In this document: positions 38,651-52,218 of the stretch, piece by piece
Layout: the number at the start of each line of letters is the position of its first letter
Numbering within the stretch: the stretch's first letter is position 1
Assembly: GCA_051362555.1 (NCBI GenBank)
Contig: CM120640.1
Location: forward strand, 13,020,001-13,084,000
Direction: 5' to 3'
DNA length: 64,000 bases
Origin: Lingula anatina
Taxonomy: Eukaryota; Animalia; Brachiopoda
Notes under the pieces: generated by a model
Databases searched by the model: none
Seen by the model: the letters and a program-made list of their open reading frames with translations, nothing else
What the model was told of the DNA's origin: nothing
Made by a program: the position numbers and the translations under genes

Positions 38651-41600
38651 ATGAAAGTTCGAGATGACAGTGATGTGGAATCCAGTAGTAGCAGCAGCTC
38701 CGATACTGAAAGTGATGAGGACACGCCGCGTACAGGAGTTCCACCTGCGATCAATGAAAATGAAACTAGTGCCAAACAGTTGACATTATTTGATGATGAG
38801 GATGAAGGACTTCTTTTACTACCTCCCCCAGTTGAGGAGGGAGAAGGGGAAGGTGAAGAAGGTAAGGAATGTTGACCAAGTTGCTAAATTATAAAATATA
38901 AATAAAAGTACACTGAAAATGCAGACATTTACTTTGAGAGGTAGGCAGATACATTTGCCTCCCCCTCCCCCCTGAAACTGAAATTAAATCTTTCTTGTGT
39001 TAACATATTTGTGGCCCATTTACAATCAAATGATGGCATTTATCGTTGTGATTATAACTGCTGTAAATCAGCATGCAGTTTGCTCCCATCTCTCCAAAAT
39101 GTTGTTCTTTATAATTAAGTACTGTATTGCACAGAGAACTTGGAATTAATTACTTTTGGCCTGGCCTTTGGCACAAAACTCATGATAATCTTTAGAGAGA
39201 ACTCAAGTTAATCTTTAAGTTTACAGAACTGGTGATAACATTTGCCTCAATACATAAACAGGGTTTATTTGCTTAAAAACTGGTGATACTGCATGATGTG
39301 CTACTGTAGCATTGCATACCCTTAATTTGAATTAAAGTACTAGTTCGATGTGAAGCATCTGAGATAGCCCAAAATATTGTGACTTAGTTGAAAATCACGA
39401 GAGAAAGATTTTGTGGGATTTGGAAAAGAGTGGGGCCAGAAAAAATGGCAGACTAACAATAATACAACTGTAGTGCAGAATTAAATGAAAGCCAAGGAAA
39501 CTTTTCAGGTTACTTTCTTTCAAGTTCTATCAAATTATAGTCTATTGCACAACATTATTGTATTGCTGAAATTTTAAGATGACATGATGGCATATAGAGT
39601 TTCAACCCATTGCTGAAAAGTTAACTCCACCTCACCCACCCACCCACGTTTTCTTGTTTGGAAGTGCTGACATGATTTCCGTTGATAATAATTATGATAT
39701 ATAAAATGGTGGCTTGTTGTTTGAAATTGCCATCATTTTGTAAAAGATGTGAAAAAAATAAAAGATATGTAGATACTAGTAAAAATAACAGCAACAAAAA
39801 GAACACAAATTTGCATTTTCAAATTACAGAAATAAAGTTAATTAACAAACTAAGCTTACAGTTAAATACAAAATCTGAAAAAAGGTGTGAGCTACATATT
39901 GTTTTTTATCTATTTTAGAAACAGTAGTCTATGAAGAAGAAGGTGAGGGGGAAGCTGAGGGAGATGATGTCCCCCTCACTAGTCCGTCCATTACACTGAA
40001 ACAAAATGCAATAATAAAGACAAATCAGGAAAAAGAAGAAGCTCAACAAAAGAAGAAAAAGAAAAAGAGAAAAAAGTGAGTAATAGTAACCACGTTTTTT
40101 ATCTTTTCTGCAGCTTATGCTAGAAACGGGGGATTAGGCAGGATTTTGAAACAGGCTGTCCAAATTTATGTTACCTTCTTGTGGTCAAAGAAAAGCAATA
40201 TATATGTGTGTGAAGTTATTGCACTTGGCAGTCATTCTGAGGTCAGATATAGCAAGTTGACAACATTTCAATTTATGTTGTTGAGTGTAAAAACTTATTG
40301 AATAACAAAAAACAGACATTAATTTGACATGTCCTTGTGAGTAAAATGGGTTTTCAGTTGAGAACAGTTGAGCACTTACAGACTCAATGCCAGTGGATTA
40401 TTTTGTAGAGACTATTATGTAGTTGTTTATAATAAGGAAAGTTTTAGCATGCAAGTGTTATTTGGCCTCTGACAGATTGTTCAATATTAAATTGTATAGT
40501 TCTGAAAGTTATGAAACAGCCAAATGAAAACAAGTGGGTATTTAAAGTTATGAGCAAATATTGTTCCACTGCCACTTGAAAAACCAAATAGATTCAACTA
40601 GCACTTATATTTTCACTGGTATGAGGTCTTAACAAGTGATTTTTCTTGAGTGTATTTTTTCTGCATGTGATAAAATATATCTGACTTTTTTATGTAACTT
40701 ATTTCATATTTTATATGTGTAGAATAAGTAATTTTCATTGAAGTGTAATATGTGTAGAAGTGATCGCTTTACATTGTTAAATATTACTGAAGATCATGAC
40801 CAAAATGTAATGAATGGTAATGCATTCTTGATCATAGCTATAAGCTAGATTTGGCAGACCAGACTTTTTTTTTGTCATCTCCACAGGTTTATTTTTGTGC
40901 TTAGACTGGCCCTAGGGTTCTGGGCTGAACTGAACCTCAGTCAATTCAACGTCTGCCTAAGGGCCTAATTCATTTTACAACATGCTCGTAGTTAGTAATT
41001 TGACCTGAGACCCAATACACTGTATGATTATAGCCGAAGGTGTTTTTAAATTCATAGCAACAGTGATGTTTATGTGTAAAAGGTGCTCAATTGATTTGGT
41101 ATTTGAATTTGTATATAAGTGCTAAGCGCTTACTATTCAAGAATACAAACATGAAGTAACTTATCTGAAGTAGATTTGTGTAAAGATTTGTTTATAATTC
41201 AAAGATTTATGGAGGATTTTGGCTGTTTGCTGTCAGTATTCCTAGCAGTCAGTTACTAGTATTGGTTTTATGGTACACCTGAGTGAACAGTGTCTGTGTG
41301 CCCAATAAAATGACCAAGTGTAAACCTCTGCTGAGCCACCATTGTTTCTGAACAAACATTAAGAATGAAAGGTATTTGTGCCTGATTGAATCCACGGGAA
41401 GTTTGAAATCCAGCCTGTTAAGAGAGAATATAAAAGGTGTTGTTATGCTTTATATCAAATTACAGTTACCTAGACCAATGATTGATATACAAAAGAGTGT
41501 GAATTAAGTACTTCACCTGTTTTCTTTTTTTGTTACTCTACTGATATTTTGTCAACTTTGATATTTAAAACCTGTTACAGAGATTTTGAAATTTGAATAT

Positions 41601-44600
41601 TTGGGTTAATGTAAACATTGACATTTTAATCAAAATGTAGTGACATGTGTGCAAAATTTGAGATTAAAAAATTGGAAGTTTTGGAGTGAATTTACAAAAG
41701 TAAATGCGAAAAGTCTTAAGCCTGGCTTGCATGTAGAAAAAGGAGCTAATCTAGATATTTTTGTCTGTTGTGTTTCCTGTAGTATCTTTTGTATGGTTGT
41801 CCCCTAAAATATATGTATATACTGGTACATGTATGCTTATTAACTTGATTAATTGTTGTTCCTCTGAAGCTTTTATACCAATAATAATTTAATTGGAGTA
41901 AATTGTAAAATAATAAAATTGTAAAATTAAATTTTACCTTTATTTCAGATGGCTATATATTTGTACAGTTAACTGCAAATATGAAGTGGGTATGTACTTG
42001 TGTATATTATACACATTTCTGTAAAATATGCAATGCCACTAGCTTGTTAGTCCTTTGTGAAAAAAAAAGAAATACTAGTAACTATTTTGATAAGTAAATA
42101 ACTTAAAATTCAAAATATTCAAATGTGCACTGACAAATTTGAAACTGTTATTTATTTCTCTCAGTGCGAAGGGTATCAAAGCGGTTAAACTTTAAAGAAG
42201 TTAGTGAGGATGAGGAATGGAATCTGTACTGGACAGATTACTCTGTGGCCCTGGAGAGGGTGATGGAAATGAAGAAGTATCAGGTAAAATGGCTAATATT
42301 TATGTATCTTGGTACTTGTATCTTCAAGACTTGCAAGACATTGACTATACCAAATATTTTATGCTGGTCTAAAGACAAAGTTGATTTAATGGTAATGTTA
42401 TTTCAAGCAAAAGGAAATGAAATTGGATCAGTCTCAAGTAGTCAGTTGTATTGCTTGTTCCTTGTCCTTATGGTGCATTAAGAATATTTACCTTCTTTTT
42501 TGTTTTAGAAAATCAATCATTTTCCGGGCATGAGTGAAATCTGTCGGAAAGATTTACTATCCAGGAATTTGAACAGAATGGTGAAACTCTTCCCAAAAGA
42601 CTACAATATCTTCCCTAGATCATGGTGCCTGCCTGCAGAGTAAGTTTGTTTTCTTTTGTTTTTATTGTTATCAAGTTTTCAGACCAAGATGATGTTGTGT
42701 GTCTGGAGAAAGCTAGTATAAATCAGTATCTAATTGATTAACGTAATTGTTTTTCTTAATGTTATAGGCCCTTTATATATTTAAAAACTTTTATATGATT
42801 GAAACACGCCCTATGAGAAAAATCAGAAGTATGCCACTATCCTAACATTTGAATGTTATGAAAAGAAGGTAACAAACAACAATTTTCTTTCAGTTATGGT
42901 GACTTCCAAGCTTTTGCTAGGCAAAAGAAGAGCAAAACTTATATTCTCAAGCCAGAGAGTGGGTGCCAAGGCAAGGGAATATGGGTGACCAAAAACCCCA
43001 AGGAAATCAAACCCAATGAACATATGGTTTGTCAGCAATATATTTCAAGGGTAAGCAAAAGTTGAACCCATACTTTCTCTTATGTTGGTAGAATAAAAAC
43101 TTGGTCAAATATGAAGTGGGAGAGCTTTGATCCCTAATGACCTGATGACTTGTTTAAAATATGATTACAGTGTTGACACAGGTGAGATTAAAATTGTTTC
43201 ATGCTTATGCTCATGGATATCTTGTTTATATTTAATGTAGATTAAAATTGCTTCATCTGTTTGTGCAAGGGTATTTTATTTACCCTTCAGAAAATCGGTA
43301 GCATGCTTTTGAAATTAAAGTACATTTATAAAGTTTAAGAACTATATTAAAAATAATAATAATCACTGTTATTTTCCAGCCTTTCTTGATCGATGGCTTC
43401 AAGTTTGACCTTCGTGTGTACACTCTTGTCACATCCTGTGATCCATTTAGGATATTTGTCTTTAAAGATGGTCTTGCCAGGTTTGCCACAACCAAGTACA
43501 CTGAACCTCATGGGAATAATGTGGTAAGTAATAATTCGTTGACTTTTTTATTTCACTTCTATGGACACCCCTTTGTGCTTACATATAAGATGACTGGTTG
43601 TGGTTCAAAGAAGAATTTTATGTAGGAAATTAATGAAATAGTTATCTGTTAAAAAAACAAAACAAAGAAAAACAAAAAACAAACATATCATCAAGGATGC
43701 AAGTCTGCTAGTGTAAATGGTCAGTGCAGGGTAGCCTTATTGCTCCCTCCATTTATTGCCCCTGATGAAATTATCGGAAATTGTGAAAAATTTTGTAAAG
43801 AGAAATTAATATAAAAATATAATTAAGCAACTACATGTTTGAAGTGCTCAAACTGAAAAGCTTTGTGTTTTTGGCCTTAAGGCTTGACATTGATTTCCAT
43901 TGCCTTAAAGGAAAATCTTCTTTACAAAGACTTTAAAAATAGTTCAGGACAAAGAAAATTTCTGTAACATAAAACTGCTTACATGTACCTTGTGCCAGAA
44001 TAAGTGCCATATTGATTTTGCTTGGCTGGTCTTGTTGAGTAATGCTGTTCAAAATAGAAAAGCTTTTTGATAATTGAAAAGAATTTGACTAGTTTAAGGT
44101 GTAAATTGAGACATTTCACCTGTATAGTTATATAATTGAGGTGAATGCTATGATGTGGGTCAGAGTGAAGTTTGTTGATGGTGCACATCCTGAATCCTCA
44201 TTATATCACTAGGTAACAAAATGGCAAAAATATTGGTGCAGACCTCTCCTGTCTTAAAGAAATACTATACATTAAGAAAGAATGGAGATTAGAACTAAGT
44301 ACAGAATATCACCACTCTACTTGTGACTTTTAAAATTTACGCCATTGACCAAGCATTCCTGAGACTTATGTGAAGTTTGAGGGGAACAGAATGATTTTTT
44401 TGGTACTCTTTAGCCATTTCTATTTTACCAGTATATCTTTTTTGCAGTTATTTGTAATATTGTCAACCTTTAAAATCATAATTAAGTTTCATAACCATGA
44501 CCACTTTAGATCATTTTGGGTTGTACCTGAATATAAAATATCCCTTTGCATACTTCCACTGAAGAAACTGGCATTTCAAAGGCACATTTTGAGTTTGAAA

Positions 44601-47600
44601 ATCAAACAAACCTTATATTGTATCTTTTTATGCGATGAGTACACAGTAAAAATGGATCAATTTTAACAAGCATCTTTTGATTCGCTCACTGGAAAATTGC
44701 CCTTCACGTAAACATGATGATTGTCTACCCCCCAGACTGGGAGAAGACATGGTAGTGAAGCAATCAGTTGAGACCTCTGGCTATTATGTTTGCTTACTGT
44801 ATTGACTACAGCCTTGTGTTAACATAGGAACAGGGGTGGGGAGGATACTGTGTGATTGAAATTAAATTGTCAGTAAACAGTGTGTTTGATGACACAGATA
44901 ATAATCAATCATGTCAGTGAATGGGGGTCCATTGTGAGGTCCCTGTACTGTTATGAATATTTTTTGGGTGTCGACCAATTAGATATACTTTCCTGGTGGG
45001 CTTTTTTGTCTAAAGTATTTGTAAGAAAATGAGAATCGTGAAAAAGAGAAGAAAAGAGAGAGGGAAAAAGGATATTTGTCATTTTGAAGTACCCATATTT
45101 CACATACCAAATAAAAGCAATTTATGATAACATTGATTGGTGTTTTGTTCATTGTACGAGGGCTATATGCTTGACTGTATATGTTTTGTGCAATAATCAT
45201 GAGTTTTAAACTTATAAAAACTGTGGTAGATCTGATAATACTTTTTGTTATGTCATCAATTAATCTCTAATTTCAGGACAATGTTTATATGCATCTAACT
45301 AACTATGCCATCAACAAGCACAGTGAAGACTTTATCAGAGATGATGAAGAGGGTGGAAGTAAGAGGTAAAAGCATACTCTATAGGTTTAGGTGATCCCCT
45401 AAATATACTACTTTCAGTGGCGTAAAATCTGTCAGTTTGCCTAATTAATATTTTTAGGCCTTTTGTTACTACAGAGAGGTATAATGTGAGATAAATTTTT
45501 TATCAAAAAAAAAAAAAAAAAGAATAATTGATGTATAATGAAAATATCTTGCTGATCCTTCATTGATAGAACTTTTACTCTTATTTTATTTACAGGCGTA
45601 TCATCACAATGAACAAGTGGCTAACACACCATGGATACAATGTTGAAAAAATGTGGAATGATATTGATGATGTCTTGATCAAAACACTGATATCTGCCCA
45701 TCCCATACTTAAGCATAATTACAGGACTTGCTTTCCTAATCATGTAAAAGGGAGTGCTTGTTTTGAGATATTGGGCATGGATGTGCTGTTAGACAGGAAA
45801 CTAAAGCCATATATTCTGGAGGTAAATTTACACTTTGAATAACCTTCTTAATGTCATTTTAAAATTATGTTTTGATTTACATTTACTTAACATTGTATCA
45901 TTTTCTATGCAGTTTAAGTAATGGAAATGTAGACATATTTGTTGGAGTAATATTCTAAAATCTATAAAGGAAGCAGATAAACTGCCTACAAAGAAGATCA
46001 AAGCAGTCATTATAAAGCCAGGTGAGAAATGGTTTGTTTTCCCAGATAAAAGCAAGCCACTGTGGGATTGTTCTGTTTGCTTTTCATTCCTGTGAAAATC
46101 TCGGGATACTTAACACAAAGCATATCAAACCCTTGATATTGACCTACACTAACTGTTAATAGTGATTTTGATGCTGATGGGTTTCTCATTGCATTTGTAG
46201 GTGAACCACTCTCCAAGCTTCCACACAGATGCAAAGCTAGACAAGGAAATCAAGGAGGCCTTGATCTATGACAGTCTGAACCTGATCAACTGTGGTGCTG
46301 TTGACAAGCGCAAGTGCATTGAAGAGGAGCGCAGGAGAATCAAAGAGAGGCTGTTCCAGAGACAGGGGTACAAGAAAGAGTCCAAGTAAGTTATGCCTTT
46401 TGTCTGCAGAAGTTTTATGTGCAGAGATAGGAATGGGGAATACCCGCTTTAAGGGTCTGCCGCTAGATGGCGTGGGGGTGAAAGCAGTCCTTCTAAAATC
46501 TCGCAGAATCTCGCTCGCGGCTTTACACCAGAGTTTAACATGGAGCGTGTGCACGCGTCGCTGACAGTGAACCAACTCAAACGCAATTTACTTGAATTTG
46601 GTGCCATAACATCTGGATGAAAATGTGAATTGACTGGAAGGTATGTGTTTTCTTTTCATTTAGTGCTTGAAAAACACGAATGCTGACTATTTTCCTTGAA
46701 AAAATCAAAAATTAGTCGAGGTGTGTGTGTCAAATCTGACATGTTATGTACATGTAGACTACTGTAGGTACGAGTAGGCCTACGCTCATATTTTGTTTTA
46801 GTAGCACGAAAGATTTTTATACTTAGTAAATGTACTTATTTATTTTCTTTATAAGGTTACCCAAAGAAGGCCCATATATCGGGGGCAAAGCCTGAAACTG
46901 TCGATTTCAGGACCCCAGGACAGCCAACTTCAAGAGCAGGATAAAATGATTACTTCAGGAATCTTACCTATCACTTCACATCAGCGGCAAAGATTGCTGT
47001 AGCCACCAGTAATGCCTACCCTAAAGCTGACTTGCAGGCGGCTGTGATGGACAACAACTATTGCCAAGTGCCATGAAAAGAATAAAGCATGGATAGAGGG
47101 AATGATGTAAGTGAAAACAGAGGTCTGCTATTAAGAATCGGGCCCAAATATGAGAAAGAATTATCAAACTAGGTGATAGGTGACATCATAGAATTATAAT
47201 ATTGTATCTAAACTAATCTAAATTGTATCTATTTAATGCTGTAACCATCTACCATGCTTTAATGGGATATGAATATTTCAGGTTAAGGAACAAACAGCGA
47301 AGGACACTGAGTAAGCAAGTTATAACAAGGAAAGAGCGCAATCTGACACAAGGAGAGACAATGGCGGATCACTGCCTCAAGATTTGGAGAGATAATTGCA
47401 GCTACAGAGAAGAAGTATATAAACAAACTGTATGAATCATTGAACATTGTGTCCAAAACCATTGCAGACACATGACAGTTGGACCCGGACCTGATTTCCC
47501 CTTTTGGAATGTGTATCTCGTACACAAATCTGGGCCTAAAGAAAACCTGCAAATACTATACTCAGTTAGAAGGCCAGATGTTCATTACGAATCGCCCATT

Positions 47601-50600
47601 CTGCTATTTTGTTGTGTTTACATTCAAAGATCTGTTTGTGGGGTTGATTCATTCTGACACAGTGACACTGGATATTTTTCTACATGTATTTTGCCGAGGA
47701 TAACTTTTTTTAATGAAAAACACTATAGGAAGTACGTGTCAGCTAGTTTATAGAAAGTACCCCTGTATGAGATGGTTTTAGCTGCAATCACAATTTTGAA
47801 GTGCCATTTAAAAAAAATGTTTTAACTAAAATGAAATAATTTGGTGGTGCTATATTCTTTACAAAAAGTACTTATGTGTTTATGCTGTTTTTAATAATAT
47901 TTAAGTGTAATGAAAAAAAAAACTATGATGCTATTTTGTAAAGTATTTTTAGTGGGATGAAATAATTTGATAGTTGTATTTACAGCAAATAATTTGGTTT
48001 TTCTGCTTTTAAAAGAATTTTCAAAGTGCTGACATAATGTGGTGGTTCTATTCAAGTAAAATAATTCATAAGTACTATTTTGTAAAAAGGAACAAAAAAA
48101 CTGTTCATTTGTAAAATGTTTGCTTTCTTTAATTTTTATTTCTTAAACTGTTACAAAAAGTTTTCCATACCTACAGTAATCCATTGGCTGAGAAATTGCA
48201 GCTATATAATCAGGAAAGTTATAGCACAAATAAATTATCTAAACATTACATATGGTTTCATGGTTTTTACTATGGACTGAATAATTATTTTGTTTAAATA
48301 AAACATTTGGTTTTGCTGCTTTTTAATGAATTTTCAGAGCGATGAAATAATATGGTGTTTCTACTCAAGTAAAACAATTCAGAAGTGCTATTTTGTAAAA
48401 AAAGAATAAAAACTTCATTTATAAAATGTTTTCTTTCTTTAAATTTTATTTCTTAAACTGTTACAAAAAGATTTCCAAACATGCATTATTCCATTGGCTG
48501 AGAAATTGCATCTATACATGTACAAATAAATTATCTAACTATACCTAGTTTTATGATTCTTACGATGTAAATAAAAATAAAAATAATTATTTAATTAACA
48601 TTACCGGTCATGCTCAATACATCAATAAAAAAGGATATTACTTAATAACACAACCTTATGCGGGTAGTAGGCTACCGGCACTTGTATATTTACTGACAAC
48701 TCTTCTGAAATTACGGACATAAGAAAACGCACTTTGATAAATCATACTTCCTAGGGGCACTTTCTTGCTATGGAGCTCTCTTTCCAAAACTTTATAAGTT
48801 TTTCCAAGATCAATTAACCTTTCTACGTGTATTCTTTTTGAGGCAACTCGTCTGTCTTTAGGGGCCTAATTACTGTGCCTGGGTCAAGTTGTAACTGTCC
48901 TTTTAACATGGAAGGTGTGTTGACATGGGCAACCCTTCACTTCAAACGAAGCCCTGAATCCTCAGGAAAATTATGCCCACCTTGCTGACTTTGACATTCA
49001 GGTACACAACAATACTGAGGCATGTTTATTAAGGCCAGTGCCACAGTCCAACGTATATGATATCCAACATGGCGACTGTGTAAGGACTGAATTCACACTA
49101 GCGACACCTGGCGCCAAGCGGGCTGGTATACCTCATTGTAATAGTATAGACTGGGACCTTCTTTCCTTCCTGCCCATATGGATCTGACCAAAAATATTGT
49201 CACTTTAACACCTGTGGAGTGCTGGATGCATTATTATTCCTATGGCTTCATGTGTCGGAGCAAAGTTGAATTTTATTTGTTTTTATAGAAGTTGAGAAAC
49301 ATGCTCAAGAAAAGACGAGAAAAATTACTTTGTTGGCACCTAACAAACATGCATACTCCTATAGTCCATGGTGCTGTAATATTACAGTATAATGAAATCA
49401 CTTCTGTTACAGAGAAGAGCTGGAGCAGGCTCAGCAAGAGTGGCTAGAGTCACTGACCAAGTATGAGGACCAGCATCTAGGCAATTTTCGCAGGATCTAC
49501 CCAGCACATGGCACTGACAAGTATGACAAATACTTCCAACACAGTGCAGGGTCTCTTTTCCAGGAAACTGCAGCTTTCAAAGCCAGGAGTGAATGTGCAA
49601 GGTGAGTGTGGCATAATGTCTTCTGGGAAATAGGTTAGGTTTGGTTGTTGCTTTTGACTTAAAAATATATTTTAATGTATTGATGCATTGGTATATAGAA
49701 AAAAAAACACTTCCCAGAGATATGATTGTATTGAAAAAAAAAACTTTTGCAGCAATGTTGAATTCATAGTTTTATTACTTTTACAGGAAATTTAAAAAAA
49801 GAACGTGAGTTTAGTGTATGTATGTAAAAATTGCAGCTTTTGGGAAAATTGAAACCTAGACTGAAAGGTGAAATGGTGAAATCTTTAATTTGATTTAGTA
49901 AATATTTGAAAATTTGACAAAAAGTTTTGATTTGCAATTTTCCCTGGTTCATTACTTTGTAGTAAAATCAGTGGGAATATATGTAGGTCCTGCATTGAAA
50001 TTGAATTATGAGCATGTTTCTTACGCATATAAATGGCTTGCGGTTAAGGGGCAATTTAAAAAATAGTACAAAAAATCAAGTCATGTCAAATCTAGTTTAT
50101 TCTAAACAAAATATGAATCTTAGATCTAAAATTTTGACAACTCTTGAAACCATGCTGTAAGACACTGATACATGTATATAACATAATAGCTTACAAGAAA
50201 AAGAAGATGATTATAAAATTTTAAAATATGATTTCCTAGGCAACAGAGAGAGGAGATTTTAAGAAAGAAAGAAAAGATGGAAATGATGCTGAACAAAAAC
50301 AAGAAGGCAGCTCGTCCAGAGAGTCCTGGGAGTAGAAAAAGGAGACTTAAACGTCCAAGTGTTCCAAGGAGACAGTTGGCCTCCTCCAGGCAGGGTGCTG
50401 AGGTAATACTGATATACTGATATTTAGATTTAATAAATCACTTTTAAAAAATTATATTGAAAAAAGAAAAAAAGGTTTCATTTACTCTCAGGTTATCCCT
50501 GTTTTTGCATCATTATATACAGTTAAAAAGTATGTTTAATCTTTTAGAGGCATAGATTTAGGTGGTTATAATTATTATACTATATTTCTTTTTCATGAAC

Positions 50601-52187
50601 AAATGTCAGCAAATGTAGGCTAGTTTCCTTTCATAGATCTTGCATGCCTTTGCTCTAGATATGTAATATTATGTGATAACATGCAGTTTGTCAATATTTC
50701 ATGATTATATCTAAAGGGTCTTATTTATATCTTTCTGCAGAGACATTTTAATCCACCTTGGTAGTTATTATTTGCTTATCCATCCTTGATGCATGTTGTA
50801 TTGTGTTACATAACAGTACATTTTAGCAGTTTGGTATTTAGCTGAGGCCTAGTTACCTGGGCATTGTAAGGTCAATACCAAATATTACCTTAAATATTGA
50901 CTGAATGGCCAGGATAGCATATAGAATATTAATACAGTTATACAGTGGCAAAGATGAAATATTGCCACAATGTTGGAATTCATTAAACAGTAATGTATCA
51001 GTATGTAATTGGTGTGTTGATGAAATTGCACCTCAACATCAAGAAATTTTCCAACAGATAAATTCATACAGTTTGACAAAATTTGCATAATGATATGTAC
51101 CAGTATACAAAAGCATATAAATATGTCAGAAGGTCGTGGTCCATTCTCTCAATACACTTACTAACCATGCACTCCCTTGTTTACCTCCTCTCATAGGGCA
51201 CAGAGCATGTTAACATTGAAAGTGAACTGATAGACACCAGCAAGCCATTAGACATTCTGGAGGAGGAAGAGCTGGAGCGGATCAGTGGTCTACTCCAGCG
51301 TGACAACCTGGTTCGGGGCCTGGGGATAGTAGAACATGTGTACAGGCTACTGCACTGTACCCCGGGCACCATGGGCGTAATGAAGAGCAACGACCCTCGT
51401 CAGCAGTTTGTAAGTTTGCATTGAAGACTACTACCATACTTATATTGCCAGCTTTTATTTTGTCATATTGATCCGTAATAAACCCAGTGCATGCTGCCTA
51501 ATGTTATGTTGTAATTGTACCTTGCATGGGTTTGGTATCCTTTGAAAAACATTGACTTCTTTGCATGCTGCTGCTTTGCTTGAGCTGATGATCACCTGGA
51601 AGATCATCAATTAATACTGTAAACTTCTTCAAATGAAACTGGAAACACATTTCTTGTGAATTTGGCTATATATTATGGAAATATTGGAACAGTCATTTAT
51701 GAAGAAGTTTGCAGTGCGCTTATGCACTGCTTTTCAAATGGATTCTCTTCTTTGGAATGTTCATGTTGATTTTACATCAATAAATTAGTTTGGTTGTTAA
51801 ATTGCATGATTTGAATAATGAAGATAAGAGAAGTATTGTTATCAACCTGAAGGTTGAAGTGATGGTTCCTTGTTTGCAATTGAGTTCTCACTTAATACTT
51901 GATTGATCTGTTAATCCTGATTTCTATTGATTTCTCATCACTTCACTGTTTAATTGGCTGTCTTATTTTAAGAAGGTTTTACAGGGATGTTTGATGAATT
52001 ACTCTCTTCAAAGCTAATCAGTGCTTCCTGAGATTGAGAGCTGAAATCATTTGTTTGCACTGAATACTTGATTAGTAAAAACATCTTTCTGATCTTTTTT
52101 TTTTCACTTGAACTCAGCAAAGTTTTATAAATCTTCATGATTTATTTTTCTATGAGAAAAAGTTAAAGTTTTGATTTTGTCGATTAC

Positions 52188-52218
<31 letters not shown>

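Larger units (their letters stand above)
46435..49134. mobile_element. Degenerate, internally deleted ISL2EU-type DNA transposon in a TTLL6 intron
   Basis: Imperfect TIRs (ggggaatacc...ggtatacctc) flanked by AT/AT; subterminal match gtgaaagcagtcctt versus gtgaattcagtcctt; THAP and DDE remnants on the minus strand converge on YqaJ exonuclease remnants on the plus strand. Confidence 0.85.

Noticed and set aside
50741-50760. Candidate TTLL6 microexon (ctgcag|20 nt|gtagtt)
   Set aside because: 20 nt breaks the frame between phase-0 neighbours and the donor is weak.
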